Below, one piece after another: positions 13,740-26,466 of a stretch of DNA of 64,000 nt; position 1 is the stretch's first letter, and every line of letters begins with the position of its first letter. This stretch comes from Epiperipatus broadwayi. Lineage: Eukaryota > Animalia > Onychophora. Position numbers and translations under genes: made by a program. A model generated the notes under the pieces. That model was given only the letters and a program-made list of their open reading frames with translations, made no database searches and had not been told where the DNA came from. The stretch is from the NCBI GenBank assembly GCA_028023455.1, contig JAQFVV010000005.1:23312001-23376000 (forward strand), given 5' to 3'.

Positions 13740-15260
13740 TTTTCTTTCTGAAAAACCAACACTGTGTCTAAATGTAGCTTTCCAATGTATTTTATTCTCG
13801 GTTATATCTTCCCAATTGAAACAATTGGCATTGTACTTCCTTAGAATGTCTTTTAATATAATTCTTACATCAAAGATGGGTCTATCCACAAAAATCATGC
13901 TCATATTCATCATAAAACACTCTTTTAGAAAGTCTTCCCTTGCTCACTTGTTTTTAGATGTGATTTTACAAAAGTGAACTCAATAATATCATATCCAACA
14001 AGCTGAAGAACATATTGATTGATTTTATGATCTTGCCAATGTATTTTTATAATTTTACAGAGCATCCTTAAATGGAACTTTTCTAATACAATAAATTAGA
14101 TAAAATAACAGCTCTATATACAGCTAACTTAATTGCAGTAGTTATTTCCCTATGATGAAATGCTGTTTTAATTTGCAAAAACAGTACCACATTGCTACTT
14201 TTGTTAAACCTCAACATTTAAATCACATTTCTACTTATAAACCTAGAAAAGTATTTAAACTGATTTATGTTCTCAATTTGATACCATTCAAGCTAAAAGT
14301 TGCTAAGAATTTTTATTCAGTCACTGGTTTTTTGAATATTAATTAATAAACCTGACTTCAATAAATGCTCAATCCAATTAAGATAAGATGGAATCCGGAC
14401 TAGTCCATTACTTAAAAGTTGAGATATAACATTGTCCCCCTAGATAAAATTAGCCCTGGAGAATGTGATCTTTTAAATGCTATGATGGATGTTTTTGTCA
14501 CTTTCTGACTTCATCAGGTACAGTGGATAATCAGCTAACTTGAAACAATGCTATAGACCTTGTCTATTAACCGACTCAAATGCCTTGACCAAATCAATAA
14601 ACCAATATATAAATCATTGCTTTGTCTTCCCGATTCCCTAAAACAACAAAGAGTTGCTGGAAACCATATATCTATAACTGGAAGCAATCTATTTCAATAA
14701 AATTTGAAGTACCTTTGCTGTAATAGATAATGATATTCAACAATGATTGCTACAATCTTGTCTATTTCCTTTATTTTAAAAAATATCTCAAAATTTATAT
14801 TTAAAAAAAAAACAGGATTATGAATCCAATCTAACTTGCTTATATAAAGATTTAACACCAGATCAATTTCTATGTATTTTAGAGATTTCCATTTAATGTT
14901 GGTATTAATCTTTCTAGCTAAAAGATAGAAGGGGCCTAAAGTTGTCTTAAAATTAAGCTTTCCAAAAATATATATTGAAATTGATTTGGCATGAAATCTA
15001 TACAATTATGCTATCTAATAAATTAGCTTGGGTTCAAAATCTTAGAATTCCTTTTTTTTTTAACTTTGAGATCTTAACTGGAAATGATGGTACAAAATAA
15101 ACAATGGCTGTCGAATGCAATAGTACATCAGATCCAGTTTTGAATCTTAAGTTTTCATTGATCATGGCAAAAGTCAGATTAGTCTGGATTTAAGAATATT
15201 ATAGCATTTTACCATCTGATATTCCCTGATTACTTAAGCTTGCAATTATTAAGCAACTTT
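13740..15260 (-). pseudogene. Decayed RTE-like LINE reverse transcriptase
   Basis: The minus strand reads FIDLVKAFESVNRQGL near 14560-14610 (RT motif F.DL.KAFD.V). There is a LINE C-terminal-like stretch KDILRKYNANCFNWEDI...W in ORF 13728-13913. Many stops. Confidence 0.6.
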
Positions 15261-16224
15261 AATAAATTGGTTTTGAGGTTGTGGATATAAATTAATGTTT
15301 AATTTTAATAATCATTTTTTATATAAAATTGTTAAATAAAAAGTGTTACATAAGATTAGGACAAATCTTATATCTTCAACTTATATATGATCTAAATTCC
15401 AGTAATGTAAGGGGATTTGTTGTTTTATTATGTAACTAATATTTACTCAGGCAATAAACTTAAATTTGAGATACTAGAATAAATTAAGAAGTAACATTAG
15501 ATGATCAAGTATTAGAAATTTAGTCATAAGATCAACCAATTTATCTAAATGTTGTGATTATGGCATTGTACCTGTAGTTATATGTTGGACTATTTCCATA
15601 ACATATTTGAATTATTAAATGTTTTTTAAAAAAATTCAAACTTTATACTAATTTAATAACATATAGGTTAATATATAACACATCTTTTCAAATATTAGTA
15701 TTGTCTCTCTTCAAGTTTTCTTGACCTGATCAGCAATAGTACTAGCATTTAAATTGAACTGATGATCTTTATATTTGGGAATAACTAAGATGATGTTTTA
15801 ATCAATTAGTCTATCAAAAGCAACATTCTAATTAAATTTTATCTACTTTATCTGTAAATTTTATTTTTTTCTCACTGTGAATATTCTTGTCCCCTCCCCC
15901 CCAAGTTAATGTAGAAAACATATAGAGACATTGGTCTCATGGCACACAACACACAACATAGTAGTGTGAATGTGTATATATATATTTAAAGCTTGAAAGA
16001 AAAAAAAAATGATTACAGACAACATTTTTGCATACTTTTATTTAAAATATGCATTCAGGAATGTCTAGAAGTAATGATTAAATAATAATTTTGGTATTTT
16101 AAAGTGCTATAAATTATTTAAAATCAAATATTTGTGGAAAACATTTTTGTTTAAAGAATTAAAACAATTTTTTTTTTAATTATTATTATTATAATGGATG
16201 TAAATTGAAAAGCAGAATGATGTA

Positions 16225-17032
16225 TCACATGATCACTCTCTCTTATACTAACACAATTGTTTATAAACAAAGCAAAACTGTCCGTACAGTAATGCCAACC
16301 AGAGTAATCAATGGATGCCAGAAGGCTTGTGCATAAAATCCCTATCTAATGCCTACTCATCCAATATCGCCAGACTAGTTTCTGGCTTGTGGCCTGATAT
16401 GCACAAGCCTTCTGGCATCCATTGATTACTCTGATCTAATGCCTACTCATCCAATATTCCCAGACCACTTTCTGGCTTGTGGCCTGCTAAGGGATATTGG
16501 ATGAGTAGGCATTAGATAGGGACTTTATGCACAAGCCTTCTTGCATCCATAGGTTACTCTGATTGGCACAGGGTGGCACTACTGTATGGAGAGTTTGTGC
16601 TAGTATGAGATGGTGATCATGTGATGCTTAATGGTTTAACACTAATCCTGCCTAATAGGATAGTGGTGGCTATGGTTGTTAAAGAGCCAAAGACCACAAA
16701 TGTATGGGTGCTGAACTGAGTTCAGACCCATATGACTATATAAGCTAATGAGCTTAGATTGAAAATATTTTTGTATTTTCAATCTCATAGTTTTATAGTT
16801 AAGTAGAGATAATAGGTGGTTGCTGGAGGGTTGCATTAGATCCTAAGATCTAGGTGCAGTGCTCTCAGATCCAAAGCTCCTTACTGACGACGGCCACAAG
16901 CCAGAAACTAATCTGGGGATATTGGATGAGCAGGCATTAGATAGGGTTTTTATCCACAAGCCTTCTGGCATCCATTGATTACTCTGGTTGGCACAGTATG
17001 GCACTACTGTGTGGAGAATTTTGCATTGTTTA
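16225..17032. mobile_element. Family A hammerhead-bearing element, copy 1 (multiply inverted; plus-strand part longer than one monomer)
   Basis: TSD cagaatgatgta at 16213-16224 and 17033-17044. Minus/plus/minus/plus mosaic with switches near 16395, 16435 and 16487. The plus segment repeats gggatattggatgag at 16491 and 16916 (period 425). Confidence 0.9.
16878..16919 (+). ncRNA. Family A minimal hammerhead motif, partly decayed
   Basis: tcctta-CTGACGA-c-GGC cacaa GCC-a-GAAA-ctaATC-tgggga. The core is intact, but stem III has a G>A change (ACTAAT rather than ACTAGT). Confidence 0.65.
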
Positions 17033-20000
17033 CAGAATGATGTAATTAAATTTTTTTTTTTTTATTAATCAAGATGGAAAAAAAATTAATTATCTGTTTT
17101 TCAGAGAAATTATGCAGGTATATTGTGTGTAGAAGCCAGTTAAAAAGAACTGTCTAGTCAATCTCCATGTTGGTCTAGTTGAACTTCTACAGAAGTAGGG
17201 ACACCTTACCTGGTTGCAGTTCATCAAATTACTGAAACCAGCATTAATGTAACTACATCATGGACAAATCTTGAAATGCCAGTGCTATATTATATTCATA
17301 TAGGGTGCTTCATATATGCATGGGACGCAGAAAAAAAATTAGTCTGCTGTATATATACTTAAAGTGCATGCAAGAGATCTATTTCATGAACAAAGATATA
17401 AAGCACAGATGGAAGAAATTAGCTGGCGAGAAGACTATATACTGCTAATGACATATCATTTAAATTTGGTAAATTAACAAGTTTTATTTCTGTATACTGT
17501 TCAGCAAAAAATATATATATAATTATCCTATACAAGATTCTCTACTATAATGATGGATTCTAAAAGTAAACACATTTTTGAATCTGACTATTCAAATAGT
17601 GAAAAGAAAAATATTTTTTCGAAGAAATAAGACCAGAAAAATTTTGAATTTTTGAAAAAGTTATAGTGGACTGAAACTGATCAATCTTTTTTTTTCTTAA
17701 TTACAAATGCAACTCCAAATTTGATATAGTTGAAAGTAATTTTAAATGCAAATTTAAAATTAATAATTAAAAATATTTTACTGCGTGCTGTAATTTTATT
17801 TGTGTTATTGTGAAAATTATTGTATAACGCATGGTGTGTGAGTGCATTGCTATAAGCCACACGTATCAATATTCATGTATTATAATAAAATAATTATTAG
17901 CTTAATAATTATTGAAATATTTTGTACTATAATACAGACACATTTGTGTGCTTATAAATGTGGATGAATGTGTAACCTGTAAACTTATAATGATATATCT
18001 AAATTATATTGTTCTTTTTTTTTTCAATCTATAACATATTCACAAATATTTGTAAGTTAAAATCAGAATCATGTCTTTATAATTTGATTTTATTATTTAT
18101 TTCTAATAAATAAATTTTGTTAATCACTGCTTTAAGTTATTTAATAATAGAATAGTTTTATATATGTGAATTTTCTCTTGTTCATAATCACAAAGATCAC
18201 CTTTAAAGTCCACTCATTTTATGACAATTACTATTTTATTAGATGGCCAGAACGCTCAGTGTATCTGAAGGACCAGAGCATTAATAATGATCAGCATTGA
18301 TAGAAGAATGATCTCAGCACTTTTGATGAATCATTTTTATAGTTATTGATTGCTTATATATGATGCCCTATACTTGGCATTGACTTGCTAGGTGAGGATT
18401 AGCCTAGATTTTACTGTATTACTTGAAAATTCCAGTCGCAAGGATGATAATTGACTATTTGATATTTGCTGGTGATGTTATGTTTATAACTTATTTGATT
18501 ATGCTCTTTTTTTTTCTTTATGGGGATAATTTACATCTCCCTTGATCTACCCATGATTACTTCATATTCCATACCTTTACAATATATTGATGCAACTAGC
18601 TGTGCCACCAAAAAATGATCAAAAGAGTACAAAGGAATGATAAGAGTGGGGGGAAATTATGTCCTAATTAGAAAATAGAAGACCATGCATCTACCAATAA
18701 ATATATCTTCAATTTGAAAATACAAGAATAATAAGCAAAGGAGATAAGATATAAAAAAAAGAAAATTTTAAAAGGCTGTTTATGTGAGAATAGCAAATAA
18801 CTCCATAAGTCAACCTAGTTTGACACTCTATAATGTTTGAAAACAATTCATTAACTCTGCCTTGAAATTAAAAAAAAAAATATGGACGATTCTCATAGAC
18901 AGGCATATAGAATTTCAACAGACTGTTGTTGCCTTTGATAGAATAGTTAGTTGTTAAAACATCACTTTGAATACAATATTCATGTATCGAAAGATAGACA
19001 GATTGATTACTATGAAGCCGGCAACATCTGAAGAAAAGAAAATACCACTCAAAACATTATATAGTGACTGTGTTTTATTACTAACAGTTTAAATAACTTT
19101 TAATTTATTTTTTCTCAAAATATTTTAGTCCAACATACAGCAAAAATTTGCCATAAAAATATATTAAATAATAATACTCAACAAATTGTGGTGCAAATAT
19201 GTTTGCAATGTATGTAAACAAACTAAAATCAGTTTTAAAGTATTAACTTATAAAAAGTGAATATTATATACATAAACATTAATTTACTTAAATATATATT
19301 GACTTTTTTTAATCATAAAAATGTTATATAATATCAACATATACCACTTAATTCTCTGCCCAAAGACAAGTTGAAATAACTACATAATAGATTCACTTGA
19401 TCAATGTCAGTAGCGGTTTAAAGCTATATGTAAAATAATGAAGATTCTTAATCATTAAGCTATATAATAACATTTAACACAGTCCAAAATTTTTCAGGAA
19501 TCTTGCAATAGCCAATTTAGTAACAAATTTAAGCATCAAAGTGTTTGAAAAATCAGGAAATATATATTCTGTAAACATTCAATCATGCTAAAATGGAATT
19601 GTGTCAAGCTCTTTGGCTTATAGATACCTAATTTATCAAATCCATTAATAATTAATTACTGAAGCTTTTCAAAATTAAAAGCTATATAATAATCAATAAA
19701 AGCTCATCAATATTTTCTATTACATGTCTTTCACAACTTTATTCCTTGAATAGTAAAAAATCAATATAAAGGTTTAATAAACTAATGATCAGTTTCTCAA
19801 GCTAATGCGCTTTATGAATCACTTTTATGTATTATCTCAATTTCAAAAAACCCTTGCATATAATAAAATTATTACTTTAATATGCATGTATTTTATATAG
19901 AAACCTATTTATTTTAATTGCAATAAATGTAAAAATTGAGATTTCACAGAGAACAGGGGAATAACTACAGTTACATCTAGAATTCATTAAATATATATAC

Positions 20001-22319
20001 ACACACATACACAATAAGACATACATATCCTTAAAAATTATATTTTAAAAATATTTGATATATGAATAAAAATTAAAAATGCACAGACAATTTGCAATAA
20101 AAATAGATATGCAGCTATATACTACAGAAACATTCACTACAACGAATATATATATATAAGGCATATAATTTATCTTTTCAGCAGCATTTAAAACTTCAAC
20201 TTTATATAGCAAAAACAGTTCTTTAGGACTGTACTAGAAAAAATAAAACAATTTCCTTTCACCTTCGATATTTTCAAATGTCAACATATTCTCTTCATGC
20301 ACCTCATAACTTTCCTAAAGTTGGAAGACTTAGTAATAAACAACTTTATTAATCCAGATTTTTAAAAAAATCAACATCCTATTCATTTTTATTAAAAAAA
20401 TATAATTTAATGATTCTGTTTATTCTGCCATCTATTATCAACTTTCACATTTTTTTTTACAAAAAAGAAAGTTTATTTTTTAAAATAATAAACTGATTTG
20501 TCATTCTGGCAATGTGTAGGTGAGAAAATGTATAACTACCCAGCAAGAATTCCTTCCAATTAATATTTTTTTCCCAAAATGGGGAGTACTCTAATCACTG
20601 AGCCAGTAAATTTTAACTGTGAACAATATGTGCAAATATATATTGGTGTGGGCAAATATATATGCGTAAGTATGAAAAAAAGAGAAGTAAATATATATAC
20701 CTGAAGTAAAAAGCTTTCCCTTCATTTTCATGGTCATGGATTTAAATGAGAAAATTTTTTATACTTATACTTATCTTGATCAATGAAGAATAAATAAAAG
20801 CACATATCAATGATGGCTTTGGAATTTAAGAATTCAGCTTACCAAAAGTAAATGTTTATGGTAAAATATTTACACCTAATCTATCTATAATTAAGTATAA
20901 TGAAATAATAGATGTGTTATGACTTTTTTTAAAACAGTGTTGCATTTAAAAATAAATAAGGATATAATAGTATTTTTTTAACAGTATTAATAATAATAAT
21001 TACATATTATTTTATGAAAAGAAACCTAAAATTACTTTGAATATTAATTTAATATAAATGTATTCAATAACAAGACAACAAAAAACCTGAATAAGTAAAA
21101 TGTTTTCTCTGATCTCTGCTAATGATTGTCTTAAAAGTAAATATTAATTGCCTTTTTTTTTACATTTTAAAAAAAAATTAATTTATAATTATCAGCACAA
21201 AATTTGAAATGCACTAAAATTATTTTTAAGGAAGAATTATTCTATTGTATTTACAGAAACTAAAAATTGGAAATAAAAGACTAAAATAACATTCTTAGCA
21301 CTATATTTAAATTGCTTAATCCTATTAGATGAATCATATCTAGTAAAAATAGAATTTAATGTAATTTTCATTATCAAATTGCATGAAAATATAAGTATTT
21401 CTCTTAATCACAGAATTCATCTTTCCAAATGTAGCATATAAACAAAAACAAGACAGTGCCATTAGTATTATAAAAATTGATGAGACAGGTACATAATCAA
21501 TACTAGTGTTAGTTAAACTAAATCGATATTGACCTTGTTATTAAAGTTCAAAGGATTCAATTAAGTTATTATTTTATTATGAAGTTCTGCTGTAAAGCTT
21601 GTCTGCCTATAATTAGTAAATACTTAATTTATAATGCTCTAAATTGTTGCCAGATTGATGATGAGTTCAAAATCTCAAGATATTTCATATACATCTATTG
21701 CATTATATTAAGATAATTTTGGCATCTGTTCAGAAAATATAAAAAAAATTATTAGCAATAACAATTAGAATGCAAATTTAATGCCCTCTTTACATAGACA
21801 AACTATGGGCAGAAGGATATTATTAATGTTATATATATATATATAGAAGATATCACCATTGATTATATCTCACCAATTTCAGAAAGACATCATTAATTAT
21901 AACTTTTTCACTAATAAAAGCAAATTACCATATGAATAATGTTAGCATTTTATTGGGACAATAAAATTACATCTGATATCTACTTTTACACATCACATAT
22001 AATAGCACTTAAATATTGTATGAGTATTAATACTATACTGCACATCTATTTATTTGAAATAAATACGCATTAATATTATAAAATGAAATTATATGAATTT
22101 AAAAAAAAAAAAATTGTACTTCTTTAATAAGAAAAACTTGGCAGGAATTAAATGATTGCTAATGATTTAAAAAAAAAAAAACAACAATCAAATATTGTCT
22201 AATTTTTGAACATTATTGAAATAAATTTCTTAACAGAACTGTAGCACTTTTATATTACATTGTGTTCAAATAGAAAAACCCAATAAGAAATAGGTTTGTT
22301 TTTTAATAATTAATCATGA

Positions 22320-22608
22320 ACCACTAAACATCACATGATCACTATCTCATACTAGCACATAATTGTTATTAAACAATTCAAAACAAAGCAAAACTCTCCA
22401 TATAGAGATCCTAAGATCTAGGTGCAGTGCTCTCAGATCCAAGGCTCCTCACTGATGAAGGCCACAAGCCAGAAACTAGTCTGGGGATATTGGATGAGTA
22501 GACACTAGATAGGGATTTTATGCACAAGCCTTCTGGCATCCATTGATTGCTCTTGTTAGCACAAGATGGCACTACTATATGGAGAGTTTTGCTTTGTTTT
22601 GAATTGTT
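22320..22608. mobile_element. Family A hammerhead-bearing element, copy 2
   Basis: TSD taattaatcatga at 22307-22319 and 22609-22621. An inverted terminal segment of about 85 bp is followed by a plus-strand ribozyme and tail. Confidence 0.92.
22446..22487 (+). ncRNA. Family A minimal type I hammerhead ribozyme motif (intact), predicted cleavage 3' of C22481
   Basis: Stem I TCCTCA/TGGGGA; core CTGATGA at 22452-22458; stem II GGC-cacaa-GCC flanked by an A on each side; GAAA; palindromic stem III ACTAGT; GUC triplet. Stem I extends as ATCCAA/TTGGAT. Confidence 0.85.
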
Positions 22609-23199
22609 TAATTAATCATGATTTCACATTTTGTAAAAAGTTATTGTAGCCTTTGGATTATTGGATCCATCTTTATTTCAATCAAAATTTCATTGTCTTC
22701 CATCAGTTTTTACTTCGCCAATCATCGCTTGATTCATTTCTTCGAATTTGGCAATTGTTATCACAAAAAAAATGCAATTCTAACAAATCTCAGCTATCAA
22801 TTTCAATCACATCATGAAGTATCCTTTTCACTAGTTACAATTTCCACATTCATGACATAACAGTTAACCTTTCAAATCTGTATATAGTTTTTGGATATAA
22901 ATATTTTTAGCACTGGTTCTTTAAGCAGTAAGTTAGAAGCACCCAAGTTTAGCCATATAATCTACCATATGTTTTAAGTTATATTATAAAGTAAGTCTCC
23001 ACCATTATAATATATATATTTATCTATATTTTTTTGTCCAAAGACAGGTAAAGTGCAATCAATTGATAATCCTTGATTATCATTAGTAGTCATTTGCCAT
23101 TACTTGCTAATAAAGATTATTTTTAACATTTTAAGCTATATTATACTTAAAGGTGTATGTAATTTGGTATATAAAAAGATTGTAGAAGTAATTGGATTT

Positions 23200-24460
23200 G
23201 GTAAATATTGTATAAAAAAATTCTGAACAAATTATTAATAAGTTAAGGAATATTAAGTTAAATAGAAATGGAATGATTGTTTCATTTGATATTGAGAAAA
23301 TGTACCAAAGTGTACCTAGAAAGGATAGTACAGAAATAGTTATGACTAAATTGAAAATATGTAATGATTTGTCAGAGGATTGGATATATATTATTTATGA
23401 AACATTACTAATGGTAGATGATTCTTTGTATTTTAAATATAAGGAAGAATTTTGGAGTATAGAAAAGGGATGGGTTATAGGGTGTTCAATAAGTGGAATA
23501 TTATCATCAGTAGTTGTAGGTAGTATACAGGAGGGTGTAGAAGATGAGTTTATAAAGAATAAAGGAATTATAGAATATTATAGGTATGTGGATATTATTG
23601 TTATTGGAAATGGTATATTCAAAATTTTTAATGAACTGAATAATAATAAATATAAAATTAGGTTTACAGTGAAGAAAGAGATAAATGGATTAAAATACTT
23701 AGATATTTTTGTGAAGAGAGGAATGATGAATGAAATAGTGGTAAAGCATTATATTAAAGATAAAAAATTTAGAGGTTTAATTTATCTAAAATCATATCAT
23801 CCATTATGTCAAAAAGTAGGGGTTTTAAAGGGATTTAAGTTAAAGAATGATAAACTTACATTAGATAAGAACGAGACATATGAGCAAAAATTAGAAGTAG
23901 AGAATGATTATATTAATATAGGATATAAAAGAAAAGTAATTAAAACAATTTTTAGAAATCAAAATATAAATAGTAGAAATAAGTATGATGAGAAGTGGAT
24001 GTTTATTCGTATTCAAGGGATGTCTACAAAAAATTAGTAAGAGAGAAGTTACCAAATGACATAAGAATAGCTTGGGAAAATAATAAGTCTTTGGGTAGAT
24101 GGTTATGTAATACAAATAAGATAGATAGTATGAATAGTAAGGGAGAATGGTTTATAAAATTAAATGTGGAAGTTGTAATAAGGTATATATATGAGACAGG
24201 ACGGATGATAAGTGACAGAGGGAATGAGCATGATTGAGCGATTAATAGGAAAGATATTAGATCAGATCCATAAATATATTATTTAAATACTGGTCATAAA
24301 ATGGAGTGTGAGAAGAATATTAGTTATAAAACATATAAAAGATTACTGAAAAAGGATATGTTATGAAACTTTATACATTCAGAAAAAATTTGGACAGATG
24401 TGTAAATATAATTAAAGGTCAAGCAAGATTAGATGGAAAATGGGCATTATTAGATAATTG
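23200..24460 (+). mobile_element. Decayed Penelope-like element (RT plus C-terminal GIY-YIG endonuclease)
   Basis: ORF 23273-24037 has SFDIEKMYQSVP, GWVIGCSISGILS, YYRYVD(I) and FTV..EINGLKYLDI. From 24147 a frameshifted GIY-YIG reads MVYKIKCGSCNKVYI..ETGRMISDRGNEH, then LNTGH. Boundaries approximate. Confidence 0.85.
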
Positions 24461-24546
24461 GAAGATTTAAAAATTATGGTAAAAATATCAGGGTTGAATT
24501 GTGAATGAGGGTTTATAAAAAAAGAGGGGAGTTGAATATTTATTTA

Positions 24547-25428
24547 TTTCAAAAGTAACCTCTATTGGAAAGTTACAATGGTTCTTACGATTCAAAATGA
24601 GCAGGAACCACATGTCTACCTGCCCATGTGGATCACAGAGAATACAGAGCTTTACATATTAAGAGGTCAACGAGGGATATTACATAGCATTTAAAAATTC
24701 CGAATTTCGAGACATCAATACAATGCAACTAAGGCACCATGTTGTTTAAATTAGCGGAACATCCAGCAAGAGCCAATCCGCACCTTCAAGCATTAAAGCC
24801 CCAAAATCCAAAATGATTGAAGACCGTACCTTACATCTTATATCATTTTAGTATCATTTGTTACAAACAATCAGAATAACACAAAAATGAATAAAATTAA
24901 AACAAGTCACATATGCATAAGAATTATTTTCCCCCTATGATTACCCATTTGCACTCAGGGATTTAAAATTCAGAAATGATGCCAATAGGGGAGTCCAAAT
25001 AGGCAGGGACCACATTCTGTCTACAGGACCATGTGGATCACGGGGATTACAATGTTTTACATATTAATTTGTCAATAATCTTAAATTACATTCAACACAT
25101 TTGCTTGAGGTGCATCGAAGCCTACTATAATTAAGCAGACCTTGTCAATGGTTTACATAAATAACATGGGTGTATATACACTTGTTCAACAAGGAAACAA
25201 CATAAAAAGCATTACGACTATGAACGTGAAGCCCGATGTCCCATGACTTCAATCTGTCAAACAGCAATTCAAATTGACAAAATTACAATGCTTTATATTT
25301 TACAAGATTAATATGTAAAGCTCTGTATTCTCTCTGTGATTCACATGGTCAGGTAGACAGTATGTAGTCCCTGCCCATTTGAAATAATAAAAACCGTTGT
25401 AACTTTCCAATAAAGGTTACTTTTGAAA
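24547..25428. repeat. Unclassified element with about 115-bp terminal inverted repeats and an internal direct copy
   Basis: 24547-24662 is the approximate reverse complement of 25308-25428. Its inner part (gcagg.accacat...gtggatcac...ttacatattaa) recurs directly near 24996-25067, about 400 bp downstream. Confidence 0.8.
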
Positions 25429-26466
25429 GATAAGCCACCTATACATAAAACATTTTTTATATTCTCTTCTCAAAGACAGGCTAAATGCAAACAAATGATA
25501 ATACTTGATTAACATCAATGATCATTTGCCATTGTTTTGATGTATATTTTTGAGCTATATTATAAAAAATAAAATCTACATTATAAAATATGTATCTATG
25601 GTCTCTATCAAATTACATACAACCAAGTGATAACACTTAATAGTTAGTGGTCGTTTGCTATTGCTTGCTACCATTAACTCATTTTAATACATTTTGAGCT
25701 ATAAAATATAAGGATCTATATACTCTGTCTAAAGACAGATTAATTCAATAGCTTACCATTGATTCGCTCTAACATATAACTTCCTAGTTTATTAGTGTTT
25801 CGCACATTGATTTTAATTTATCCAAAAAAAAAAAAAGATCTTCATTATTTAGTTGATCCCCTTCCCCAAGTTTTATCCAGTTCTATTTTTCGAAGTGTAG
25901 AAATTATCTCTATCTTGAAAAACATCATCTTGACAAATGTACTATTTCTAGATCAATTGAGACAGATTAAAGGAAAACGTTTGTTTCTTTTTTTAATGGA
26001 AAGGGGGGGGGGGTCAACAAGTTATTCTTTAAAACTTGTCAGCTAATGAATTTTCATTCATTTTATCAACGAAAGATTTATACGTTTTTTTTTAACAAAA
26101 TAATGCATTTTTATAAGGAAAGTTGATTTTAGATTTATTAAATAAAAAATGACAGCGATTAAATAAAAAAATTTATCATATTTTACACATTAAAATTTCA
26201 TCAAAAAAATTGTGATTAAAATAAATATTACTTATATATAAACTTGTAAAAATCAGCATCAAACAACCACCGTAGGAAGAAAAATTTACTACTCACCAAA
26301 AGTAAGCATTACCTGACGACATCTGGTGGAGAGAAAAATCATAAGTCTGGAATATGTTGATTTCTATTTCTAAAAATTGGTTTCATACTCATAAAAATAG
26401 ATTAATGTATTTTTCTTTATCTGAATTTCCATTCTCCATTGTGAAATATCATAAATATACTCTTTT

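Noticed and set aside
20250-20750. Isolated minus-strand splice-like sites and short open frames (also near 17220 and 26290-26320)
   Set aside because: Phases do not join into an open frame and the peptides are unrecognisable.
22900-25760. Degenerate unit of about 130-150 bp (aaagacagg...tgataat.cttgatt...catttgcc...gctatattata) at 23.0-23.15 kb and 25.46-25.75 kb
   Set aside because: It is probably an old tandem repeat split by later insertions, but it is too diverged to delimit by eye.
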